A DNA stretch of 64,000 bases, taken from an uncultured Thermoleophilia bacterium. Its GTDB lineage: Bacteria; Actinomycetota; Thermoleophilia; UBA2241. The position numbers were made by a program, and so were the translations under genes. The notes beneath the pieces are model-generated. The model did not search any database. It saw only the letters and a program-made list of their open reading frames with translations, and had not been told where the DNA came from. Positions 26,771 to 35,289 of this stretch are shown piece after piece. Position 1 is the first letter of the stretch. Every line of letters begins with the position of its first letter. The DNA lies in NCBI GenBank assembly GCA_963765635.1, contig CAVXXF010000004.1, positions 1,348,932-1,412,931 on the forward strand, in the 5' to 3' direction.

Positions 26771-28579
26771 TCAGCTGATCTTCCCGGCCGACAGCGGATC
26801 GGCGGGCTTGGTTGCTATCGGCATGGTGAAGACAAAGCTGGAGCCCTTGCCGAGCTTGCTCTGCACGCGGATGGTGCCGCCGTGCAGCTCCACAAGCTCC
26901 TTGACGATGGCGAGGCCGAGCCCCGTGCCGCCCTGCGTGCGCGTGGCGGAGGAGTCGATCTGCGTGAAGCGCTGGAAGACCTTCGCCTGATCCTCCTTGG
27001 CCATGCCGATGCCCGTGTCGTTCACCCAGATCTCGACGAGGTCGCCGGCGATCCGCGCCTCGACGCTGACGCTGCCGTTGTCGTGCGTGTATTTGATGCC
27101 GTTGGTGAGGAGGTTGAGCAGGATCTGGTTGAGCTTCGCCGGGTCGGCCGACACCAGAGGGAGGTCGGTGGGAAGGAACGTCGAGATGCGGATCCTCTTG
27201 TCCTTCGCGCGCGGCTTGACCACGGGCAGCACGCCCAGAAGGGCGGCGCGCAGGTCGATCGACTCCCGATTGAGCTCCAGCCTCCCGGCCTCGATCTTGG
27301 TGAGGTCGAGGATGTCGTTGATCAGGCCCAGGAGCGTCTCTCCGCCCTTGAGGATGCTCTCGATGAAGACGCCCTGCTTTTCATTGAGCTCGCCGGTCAT
27401 GCCGCTGAGAAGCATGTCGCTGTAGCCGATGATGGACGTGAGCGGCGTGCGCAGTTCGTGGCTCATGGTGGCCATGAAGTCGCTCTTGAGTTCGTCGAGG
27501 TGCTGGAGATCACGGTTCTTGCGCGCGAGCTCCTCGTTGTACTGGATGTTGCGCACGACGAGCGCCACCTGGTCGCTCAAGGCGCGCACGGTGGCCACGC
27601 CCGTCGCCGGCACGACCTCGTCCCGACGGTAGAGCAGGCAGATGACGCCGAGCAGCTCGTGCTTGGCCTCGAGCGGTGCCGTGAGGAGACCGTGGAAGCC
27701 TGCTTTCTCGGCCGCCTTGAGCAGTCGGCCCACCTGCGGGTCGGTGACGGATTCGTGTAGCCGAGCCCCGGCCTTGGCGACGTCGGTGACACCAAGCTCC
27801 TTCATCTTGCGCACGAACGTCGCGTCGAGCTGCCCGTGCGTCGCCTTGTCTTCAAACTCGCCGGTGTTGTGGTTCATCACGAGGGCGAAGCCCGCGCCGA
27901 TGCCCGAGGCGCCCACGATCTGCGTAAGAGCCTCGGGCATCAGCGCGTCCACGTCCTGGTGACGAAGAAAGACGCGGCTGCTCTCGCTCATCACGCTGAG
28001 CTGCTCATTAGTGGCCTGCATGCGGCGCAGCTGGCCGTCGGTGTCGGCCTTGGCGGTGCTGAGCTGGACGGTGGTGCGCATGAGCGCTGTGGCGAGCCGT
28101 CCGGCCAGCAAGGCGATGAGCAGGAACGCCGCGACGTGCAGGCACACTGTGATCAGCATCCAGTTGGGGGGCACATTGATCTCGGCGACCATGGCCGTCG
28201 TGTTCAGCCAGCCGATGTGCTGCAACTCCCAGATGCCGGCGTAGGCCGCGCCGGCTGCTACCGCGGCAGCGTACGGCGCCCAGACCGGCAGGACGGTGGC
28301 GAGCACGATGGGCCACACGTAGAAGACGGCCAGCGAGCTGAGGGCGCCGCCGCTGAAGATGATGGCCACGGTCACGAGAGCGAGATCCACGACGACGATG
28401 GACGCAGCCAGGGTACGCGTCCTTGTGCGGTTCTCGAGCAGGAAGAAGGGCACGTTGGCGGCGACGAACACCGCGAGGCAGACCATCAACTCCGTGGCGA
28501 CGACGCCGTGGTCGTCGGTCTGGACCCACAGCACGGCGAGCAGGAGAGCCAGCGTGAAAAGAACGCGAGCCCACAGCAT
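26771..28579 (-). CDS. Sensor histidine kinase (polytopic membrane domain - GAF - HisKA - HATPase_c)
   Basis: 602 aa from ATG 28579. Six TM helices. H-box MSHELRTPL, N-box LLNLLTNGIKYT, G1 DTGIGM, G2 GGTGLGLAIV. Remaining upstream 585 codons of the 1187-aa track ORF are junk. Confidence 0.9.
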   Translation of the reverse strand: MLWARVLFTLALLLAVLWVQTDDHGVVATELMVCLAVFVAANVPFFLLENRTRTRTLAASIVVVDLALVTVAIIFSGGALSSLAVFYVWPIVLATVLPVWAPYAAAVAAGAAYAGIWELQHIGWLNTTAMVAEINVPPNWMLITVCLHVAAFLLIALLAGRLATALMRTTVQLSTAKADTDGQLRRMQATNEQLSVMSESSRVFLRHQDVDALMPEALTQIVGASGIGAGFALVMNHNTGEFEDKATHGQLDATFVRKMKELGVTDVAKAGARLHESVTDPQVGRLLKAAEKAGFHGLLTAPLEAKHELLGVICLLYRRDEVVPATGVATVRALSDQVALVVRNIQYNEELARKNRDLQHLDELKSDFMATMSHELRTPLTSIIGYSDMLLSGMTGELNEKQGVFIESILKGGETLLGLINDILDLTKIEAGRLELNRESIDLRAALLGVLPVVKPRAKDKRIRISTFLPTDLPLVSADPAKLNQILLNLLTNGIKYTHDNGSVSVEARIAGDLVEIWVNDTGIGMAKEDQAKVFQRFTQIDSSATRTQGGTGLGLAIVKELVELHGGTIRVQSKLGKGSSFVFTMPIATKPADPLSAGKIS

Positions 28580-28735
28580 GTCGTGCAGCTGTTTGCGCAG
28601 ATCTAACCCTTCCACTCTCACCTCCGCGCTGTGGGTCGGGCGAGTAAGGTATTCTACCTTGGGACCCGAAGTCCGTTTCGCGCGCGGGCCCCCGGCTGTC
28701 TCCACAACGCGGTCGGCCGAAAGGAGGACCCCTTC

Positions 28736-30112
28736 GTGTCTGTGCCCCGGCTCGTCGTGTGCGGCCTCGAGCCCGGCCCCGCCGTGGCTCTCGCCGCCGG
28801 CGCGCTCCAGGCGTGCTTCGCCGGGCAGCGTGTCGTCCGCGCGATCACCGTCGGGGCGGATCTTCCGCTGTGGCGACTCCTGTACGCCGGTGAGGGCAGG
28901 GCGCCTCGTGTGCTCGACCCGGCGCTCTACGACGACGCCGTTCTGGAGCTCTACGACTACTGGAGCGAAGGCTGCGATCTCGTGCTCCTGGTGGCGGTGC
29001 AGCCGGCCCTCGACCGCTGGCACGGCGTGAAGGGCTCGCGGCCGGTCGACATCGCCGTCGGTCTCGACGCGCCTCTGGTGCTGGTCCTCGACGCGCGTGA
29101 GCGCGGCCCGACGGCGGCGGCCGCGGCCTATGGCGTGCGCGCCCTGGCGGGCCGTCTCGAGATCGCGGGAGTGATCGTCGTCGGCGGAGACGAGCGCGGT
29201 GCCGCCGCCGAGCTCGGGCAGGTCCTGCGCCGGGATGTCGGCCTTCCCATCCTGGGCTGGATCCCGCCGCAACTGAGCGAGCAGTTCGTGCGCGGCTACT
29301 CGGCGGCGACGGGCACGCTGCGCCACGTCGGCTCCGGGCCGGTGAAGGGCGGCGAGCGACAGCTCTGCGCCGAGGCGGGGACCTATCTCGATGGCGACGA
29401 TCTCCTGGCGGCGGCGACCCGCCGCGGCTATCTGCCCGGCCGCACCCGGCGGCTGCTGACGCCGCTCCCGGCCGCCCACGGTCTGCGCCTCGCCGTAGCC
29501 TGGGGCCCTCCGCTCGAGCCGTTCTCTCTTGAGAACGTCGACATGCTGCAGGCCATGGGGCTCGAGCTCGCGCCGCTCAACATCGCCCGCGACCGCGAGC
29601 TGCCGCCGGACGTCAGCGGCCTGCTGCTCGCCGGACAGCTCGACGAGGACCAGCTGCCCGCCTTCGCCGAGAACGCCGAGCTCCACGCCGCGCTGGGCGC
29701 GGCCATCGACGACGGCCTGCCCACCCTGGCGATGGGAGGCGGCACGCTGCTGTTGCTGCGCCGCCTGTCGGACAGTCGCGGGCGCAGCCACGGACTCGCC
29801 GGCGTTCTGCCTGCCGAGGCCGAACTCCTGGAGTGGTACGAGCGTCCCCGCTACGTGCGCGCCCACGCGGCGCGCGGCAACCCCTTCGACGCCGGCGAGA
29901 ACCTGTTGTACGAGCTGTTCGATCTCGAGTTCCTCCTGCTGGAGCAGCAGTCGTTCGCCTATCATGTGGGAGACGCTGACGAGCCGGGTCAAGCCGAAGG
30001 CTTCGCTCTTGCCCGGTGCCTGGCCACCACCCTGTACCCATCCCTGCCCCGGTGCCCGGCGCTGGCGGCGAGCTTCGTCGCGGCCATGCGTCTCGCCGGA
30101 CCGCGCGCGTGA
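28736..30112 (+). CDS. Cobyrinic acid a,c-diamide synthase (CobB/CbiA)-like protein, apparently degenerate at both catalytic sites
   Basis: Colinear with CobB/CbiA (DTB-synthetase-like N-domain plus GATase-3 C-domain). P-loop position reads GLEPGPAVALAAG instead of GxGxGKT. GATase catalytic Cys position reads AMGGG instead of AECGG. Confidence 0.65.
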   Translation: MSVPRLVVCGLEPGPAVALAAGALQACFAGQRVVRAITVGADLPLWRLLYAGEGRAPRVLDPALYDDAVLELYDYWSEGCDLVLLVAVQPALDRWHGVKGSRPVDIAVGLDAPLVLVLDARERGPTAAAAAYGVRALAGRLEIAGVIVVGGDERGAAAELGQVLRRDVGLPILGWIPPQLSEQFVRGYSAATGTLRHVGSGPVKGGERQLCAEAGTYLDGDDLLAAATRRGYLPGRTRRLLTPLPAAHGLRLAVAWGPPLEPFSLENVDMLQAMGLELAPLNIARDRELPPDVSGLLLAGQLDEDQLPAFAENAELHAALGAAIDDGLPTLAMGGGTLLLLRRLSDSRGRSHGLAGVLPAEAELLEWYERPRYVRAHAARGNPFDAGENLLYELFDLEFLLLEQQSFAYHVGDADEPGQAEGFALARCLATTLYPSLPRCPALAASFVAAMRLAGPRA

Positions 30113-30185
30113 GCGCTCCGGCCCCCGCGGTCTTCCATCCCTTGCCCTTCGATCTGGCCGCTCCGGCCGAGGCGGGGCTGCGGCA

Positions 30186-31838
30186 GTGACCCTGGCGGGT
30201 TGCGAAGCGCGTCTCAAGTCGCGGCGCGGGCTGCTGGTGCTCTGGCTCGGCAGCACCGCGGCGGTCGCCCTCGTGGCTGCGCTGATGTACCGCGGCGGGC
30301 TGCCCGGCTGGGACGACGCCGCCCATGCGTACAAGGTCTTTCTTCTGCGCCACGGCGAGTCGGTGTTCTGGGACGGTTTCTGGTACGGCGGCGGCTACGG
30401 CGCCATCAACTACGGGTTCGTCTACTACCTTCTGGCCCTGTACGTGCCGTCAAAGCTGATCGTGGTCGCTTCTGCCGGCGCGCTACCCGTCCTCTACTAC
30501 CTCTACCAGCGCGACATGTGGGGCATCGACGACATCTGGCCCGCCTGGGCCTTCGCCGGGATCATGAGCGTCTATCTCGCTCACGGTCAGGACCCCTTCG
30601 TCCTCGGGCTGGCGCTGACCGTGGGCGGGCTGGCCCTGCTGGCGCGAAAGCGGCCGCTCTGGGCCGCGCTCCTTGTGGGCATCGGCATCTTTGCCAACCC
30701 GATGGCCTTCGTGGTGTGCCTGCCGTTCATGCTGTCCGACGTCGTCGCGCGGCCGGCGTTGCGTCGCCGTTACCTGTGGTTCGCGGGCGCGCTCGCGCCG
30801 TTCGTCGCCGTGCGCCTCATACTCGGCGCCGTCTTCAGCGAGCCGGGCGGCTACCTCAACGAGACGTCGCAGCTTCTGCTCTATCTGGGCTTCGCGCTCG
30901 CGGGCCTGGCGCTGGCCGGCGTCAACGCCGCGCACCCTCGCCGGCCGTTCGTCATTCTGTTTCTGACGTACGCGGCCGTCTGCGTGCTCTCCTTCGTGAC
31001 GCCGGGCAGCCCCCTCGGTAACAACATCGGGCGCTTCTTCTTCGTCTTCGGTCTGCCGCTGCTTGTCCTGCTTCGGCACTCACGCCTGCAGCGGCCGTTC
31101 CCGTACGGCGACCTGGCCGTCATACCCATCGTGCTGTTCGGGCTCCTGCAGATCAGCGCCCCGTACAGTCACTTCACGCGCACCGACGAATGGCCGCAGA
31201 CGCGCGCGAGCTTCTTCGCCCCGGCGCTGGCCACGGCGGCGCAGTACTACGACCCGGACTACCGCATCCACGTCGTGGCGCTGCGCCGCCACTGGGAGGC
31301 TGACTACTTCCCCGAGGCCGGCTACCCCATAACGCGCGGCTGGTACCGGCAGGCGGATGCGATCCACAACGGCCTCTTCTACACGACCTACGATGCGGCG
31401 ACCTACGTCGCCTGGCTGCGCCGCATGGGCGTTCAGTACATCTTTCTGGCCGACGCGCCGCTCGACCCGTGGAGTCAGCGCGAGGTGAGGATCCTCAAGA
31501 CATCCTCCGAGTTTGAGGTGGTGGATCGCGCCGGCGTCTGGACGGTGTATCGTCTGCGCGACGCTGAGCCGCTGGCCGTGGGCCTGAACGGTGGCACGGC
31601 GCACGTGACCAGGATGGGGCACCGCGGATTCGCCGTGGAGGTCGACCAGCCGGGCACGTATCTGCTCAAGGTCACCTGGTCGCCGTATTGGACCTTGGAG
31701 CAGGGCTCGGGGGTGCTTCGCCGTTCGCCCGACCGTATGCTCCTCCTCGATGCGCGCGCCGCCGGCGCCTACGTGCTGCGCTTCGACGTCACGCCGGGTA
31801 AGGTGCTCGCCGAACTGAATGCCCGGCTCGGGCTGTAG
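30186..31838 (+). CDS. Hypothetical large polytopic membrane protein with C-terminal soluble domain (possible GT-C-type glycosyltransferase)
   Basis: About 12 TM helices over 370 aa, then a hydrophilic 180-aa domain. GTG 30186. Function assignment is inference only. Confidence 0.55.
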   Translation: MTLAGCEARLKSRRGLLVLWLGSTAAVALVAALMYRGGLPGWDDAAHAYKVFLLRHGESVFWDGFWYGGGYGAINYGFVYYLLALYVPSKLIVVASAGALPVLYYLYQRDMWGIDDIWPAWAFAGIMSVYLAHGQDPFVLGLALTVGGLALLARKRPLWAALLVGIGIFANPMAFVVCLPFMLSDVVARPALRRRYLWFAGALAPFVAVRLILGAVFSEPGGYLNETSQLLLYLGFALAGLALAGVNAAHPRRPFVILFLTYAAVCVLSFVTPGSPLGNNIGRFFFVFGLPLLVLLRHSRLQRPFPYGDLAVIPIVLFGLLQISAPYSHFTRTDEWPQTRASFFAPALATAAQYYDPDYRIHVVALRRHWEADYFPEAGYPITRGWYRQADAIHNGLFYTTYDAATYVAWLRRMGVQYIFLADAPLDPWSQREVRILKTSSEFEVVDRAGVWTVYRLRDAEPLAVGLNGGTAHVTRMGHRGFAVEVDQPGTYLLKVTWSPYWTLEQGSGVLRRSPDRMLLLDARAAGAYVLRFDVTPGKVLAELNARLGL

Positions 31839-31859
31839 CGGCTTCCGGAGGATCCCGAA

Positions 31860-32957
31860 ATGCCTCACGCACGTTTGTCTCCCGAGGTCTTCGCCTTGCC
31901 GCTCGACCAGGTGCGAAGCGGCTACTATTCCGACGCCTACTTCAACTGCACGAAGGGCGTGCTTGAGGCCCACGACCTGCACCCCCGGGTCACGATGCAG
32001 GTCTTTCAGAAGCAGGAACGCGCGGTGCTCGGGGGCGTCGACGAGGCGCTCGCCGTGCTCAGGCTGTGCGCCGGCCGGTACGAGGGAGAGGCGGAGGCGC
32101 GTGAATGGGAGCCGGGCTGGGACCAGCTTGCCGTCTCGGCCCTGTACGACGGCGACGAAGTGGCTCCCTGGGATGCGGTCATGACCATCGAGGGCGACTA
32201 CTCCCTTTTCGCCCACCTGGAGACGGTGATCCTCGGCGCACTCTCACGGCGCACCCTGGTCGGCACGAATGTGCGCCGCGTGGTGGAGGCCGCCGCCGGC
32301 AAGCCGATCCTCTTCTTCCCGGCGCGCTTCGACCACTACCGGGTGCAGACCGGCGATGGGTACGCCGCTCATATCGCCGGGGCCATCGGCGTCAGCACCG
32401 ACGCCCAGGCCTCCTGGTGGGGAGGTAAGGGTATCGGTACCGTGCCCCACGGCCTCATCGCCGCCTGCGGCGGCGACACCGTCGCGGCCACCCGGCTCTT
32501 CGCCGACACCTACCACCCGGCGCTCAACGTCACCGCGCTGGTCGACTTCGACAACGACTGCGTCGGAACAAGCCTCGCTTGTGCCCGGGAACTGGGCGAC
32601 CGGCTGTGGGGTGTTCGTCTGGACACCTCGGAGACGCTCGTGGATCGCTCACTGTGGCCGAAGATGGGGAGCTTTCGGCCTACGGGAGTGGCGCCGGAGC
32701 TGGTGCGCGAGGTGCGCCGAGCGCTGGATGCGGAGGGCTTTCGCGGCGTCAGGATCGTGGTGAGCGGCGGCTTCACCGCCGCGCGCATCGCCGCCTTCGA
32801 AGCGGCCGGCGTGCCGGCCGATGCCTACGGCGTGGGAAGCAGCCTGCTGCGAGGGGTCGCGGACTTCACCGCCGATGTCGTGCGCCTCGAGGGAGCGCCC
32901 TGCGCCAAAGTGGGTCGGATGTATCGTCCCGACCCGCGGCTCGAGCGCGTGGAGTAG
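31860..32957 (+). CDS. Nicotinate phosphoribosyltransferase-family protein (archaeal-type NAPRTase-like)
   Basis: GYYSDAYFNCTKGVL...VTMQVFQKQERAVLGGVDEALAVL N-terminal NAPRTase signature. C-terminal TIM-barrel-like region with GVGSSLL. Confidence 0.75.
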   Translation: MPHARLSPEVFALPLDQVRSGYYSDAYFNCTKGVLEAHDLHPRVTMQVFQKQERAVLGGVDEALAVLRLCAGRYEGEAEAREWEPGWDQLAVSALYDGDEVAPWDAVMTIEGDYSLFAHLETVILGALSRRTLVGTNVRRVVEAAAGKPILFFPARFDHYRVQTGDGYAAHIAGAIGVSTDAQASWWGGKGIGTVPHGLIAACGGDTVAATRLFADTYHPALNVTALVDFDNDCVGTSLACARELGDRLWGVRLDTSETLVDRSLWPKMGSFRPTGVAPELVREVRRALDAEGFRGVRIVVSGGFTAARIAAFEAAGVPADAYGVGSSLLRGVADFTADVVRLEGAPCAKVGRMYRPDPRLERVE

Positions 32958-32967
32958 TCGGCCGGCT

Positions 32968-33612
32968 CTAGTCGCCCTCGTCCGGGGCCGACGTCTGCGT
33001 GCCCTCGAGGAGGTCGACGAAGCTCTGCGAGCGCCGCCCGATGGCCGTCTCCGGATCGAGCTTCGCGGCCGCGGCCCACTCGGCCTTCGCCTCCTCGATG
33101 CGGTCGGTCGAGAAGTAGATGATGGCCATCGAGTAGTGGGCTTCCTGGTTGTCCGGCGTCTTGCCGAGGACTGCCTTGATCGCCTGTGCGGCGCGCTCTG
33201 AACCGCCGTCGGCGTGCCACACCATGGCCAGGCGCACGGTCGCCGTGGGGTTACCGGGATCGATCTGGAGCGCCGCGCGGAATGTACGCGCCGCCTGAGG
33301 ATAGCGCTGCCCGAGGAAGTAGGCGTCGCCGAGCTCCAGCAGCACGGCGATGTTGTCCGGCTGGTCGGCGCTGGCGCTCTCGAGCTGGGCGATCTTCTGC
33401 TGCACGGCATCGTCAGTGACGGGCGCGGGCGTACTGTCTTCGCTCTTGCCGCTGACCGACGGATGGCCCGGCGGCAACGACTGGCCACCCGTGGACGGCT
33501 GCGCAACGGTGCCCGCGGCGTCGCCCGCTCCGGAGCTCGTGCCGGCCACGACGATCCCGGCGGCGACGAGCACCGCGACGCCGACGCCGACGAGGAGGTA
33601 GTGACGTTTCAA
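32968..33612 (-). CDS. Membrane-anchored TPR-repeat protein
   Basis: N-terminal TM, Ser/Gly/Pro-rich linker, three to four TPR-like repeats (LGDAYFLGQRYPQAARTFRAAL...). Confidence 0.7.
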   Translation of the reverse strand: MKRHYLLVGVGVAVLVAAGIVVAGTSSGAGDAAGTVAQPSTGGQSLPPGHPSVSGKSEDSTPAPVTDDAVQQKIAQLESASADQPDNIAVLLELGDAYFLGQRYPQAARTFRAALQIDPGNPTATVRLAMVWHADGGSERAAQAIKAVLGKTPDNQEAHYSMAIIYFSTDRIEEAKAEWAAAAKLDPETAIGRRSQSFVDLLEGTQTSAPDEGD

Positions 33613-33791
33613 GCTTGTCCTTCCGCACGGGGAGCACGCGAGCCTTGCGAGGATAGCACCCGGGTCTTGCGCTGGCGACCGCGTTTTGCCCGCAAACGGC
33701 AGGAATGAAGCGGCCGCGTAACGCGGCTTAACGGGCGCTTAACAAGTGAGCCGCGGGGCGGTTTCTCGGCGCGGTCGGTCGCGCTTGGCAG

Positions 33792-33820
33792 TTGACGCTG
33801 GGTGGGCGCCGCGATAGGGT
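33792..33820 (+). promoter_or_regulatory. Putative sigma70-type promoter for the Rrf2 regulator (TTGACG-17 nt-TAGGGT)
   Basis: TTGACG at 33792-33797, 17-nt spacer, TAGGGT at 33815-33820, about 48 nt upstream of ATG 33868 (SD AGAGAGGT). Confidence 0.3.
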
Positions 33821-33867
33821 TCAAAAGGACCGTTTCTGTCCGGTCTCCTGCCGAAGAGAGGTCGTTA

Positions 33868-34284
33868 ATGGGACTCCAGCTCACCCGCGGCGGCGAATAC
33901 GCCGTGCGAGCAATGACCTACCTGGCGCGCTTCCCCGAGGGCCACGTGGCGGCGCTCCACGACATCGGGCAGGCCCAGGACATTCCTCAAAGCTTCCTCG
34001 CCAAGATCCTCCAGAGTCTCGTGCGCTCGGGTCTCGCGGTCTCTCAGCGCGGCGCGCGCGGCGGCTTCGCCTTGGCGCGCCCCGCCGCCGATATCACGAT
34101 GCGCGAGGTCATCGAGGCCGTGGACGGGCCCATCGCTCTCAACCAGTGCGTGCTCTGGCCCGAGGAGTGCTCGCGCAGTGGCGATTGCCAGGTGCACGTG
34201 GCCTGGATGCGCGCCCAGTCGCAGCTCATGGACGTACTCGACTCTGTGAGTCTCCGTACGCTGGCGCCGGAGCCGGTGGTCTAG
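33868..34284 (+). CDS. Rrf2-family transcriptional regulator (IscR/NsrR-like, Fe-S cluster type)
   Basis: MGLQLTRGGEYAVRAMTYLA wHTH N-terminus. Three clustered Cys CVLWPEECSRSGDC for a cluster ligand set. First 22 codons of the track ORF are spurious. Confidence 0.85.
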   Translation: MGLQLTRGGEYAVRAMTYLARFPEGHVAALHDIGQAQDIPQSFLAKILQSLVRSGLAVSQRGARGGFALARPAADITMREVIEAVDGPIALNQCVLWPEECSRSGDCQVHVAWMRAQSQLMDVLDSVSLRTLAPEPVV

Positions 34285-35252
34285 TCGGCGTAGCCCTGCG
34301 GATGCGCCAGCATCCAGGTCCAGGCATCGCGGACGGCGTCATCGAGGCCGCGCCGGGGGCGCCAACCCAGGCTCGTCGCCGCCCGTCGCCCACTGGCGAC
34401 GAGCGCCGGCGGATCGCCGGCCCGTCGCTCCACCATCTCGCGGCGCACGTCCCGGCCGGTGACGCGGGAGACGGCCTCGAGAACGCAGTTCACTGAGTCG
34501 CCGCGGCCCGTTCCCAGATTGAACGCTCCCTGCACATCGGGCAGCGCCTCCAGCGCCAGGACGTGGGCATCGGAAAGGTCGGCGACGTGCACGTAGTCGC
34601 GCACACAGGTGCCGTCGGGAGTGGGGTAGTCGCCGCCGAACACGCGCAGCGCGGCGCCGTCCCTGGCTGCCGACAGTGCCAGGGGAATGAGGTGCGTCTC
34701 CGGGTCGTGATCCTCGCCACGCGGCGCGTCGGCGCCGCAGGCGTTGAAGTAGCGCAAGGCCGTGAAGGCCAGCCGCCCGGCTCGCCGCGCCTCTTCGAGC
34801 AGGCGCTCGGCGGCGAGTTTGCCGGCGCCGTACGGGTTGGTCGGCGCGAGCGCGTCGTCCTCGTCGATGGGCACGCGCCGGGGCTCGCCGTAGACGGCGG
34901 CGGTCGACGAGAAGACGAGGCGGCCGACGGCGGCGGCTTGGGCCGCCGCGATCACGGCCGCCGTGCCGTTGACGTTAACGTCGTGGTAGCGCTCCGGCTG
35001 CGCGACCGATTCGCCGACCTCGGCCAGCGCGGCCATGTGGACGATGGCGCCGCAGCGCCCGTCGAGGAGGGCGGTTTGCACCCGTGCGCGATCGCGGATG
35101 TCGCCCTCGACGAACGCCGCGCCGGCCGGAACGGCCGCGAGGTGGCCGCGTGAGAGGTCGTCGTAGACGGTCACGGCGTGACCGCGTGCCAGAAGACGCG
35201 CGGCGATCACGCTGCCGATGTAGCCGGCGCCGCCGGTGACGAGCACATGCAT
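34281..35252 (-). CDS. galE: UDP-glucose 4-epimerase
   Basis: VLVTGGAGYIGS Rossmann motif, catalytic YGAGK (YxxxK), SST triad region, GalE-length 323 aa. Confidence 0.9.
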   Translation of the reverse strand: MHVLVTGGAGYIGSVIAARLLARGHAVTVYDDLSRGHLAAVPAGAAFVEGDIRDRARVQTALLDGRCGAIVHMAALAEVGESVAQPERYHDVNVNGTAAVIAAAQAAAVGRLVFSSTAAVYGEPRRVPIDEDDALAPTNPYGAGKLAAERLLEEARRAGRLAFTALRYFNACGADAPRGEDHDPETHLIPLALSAARDGAALRVFGGDYPTPDGTCVRDYVHVADLSDAHVLALEALPDVQGAFNLGTGRGDSVNCVLEAVSRVTGRDVRREMVERRAGDPPALVASGRRAATSLGWRPRRGLDDAVRDAWTWMLAHPQGYAD

Positions 35253-35289
35253 GAGACGATGCTAGCAGGTCGCCGCTTGGCACAGCGGC

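Noticed and set aside
26771-30334. 1187-aa ORF
   Set aside because: Only the C-terminal 602 aa (from ATG 28579) form the histidine kinase. The N-terminal 585 codons are antisense to the CobB-like gene and are Arg/Gly/Pro junk.
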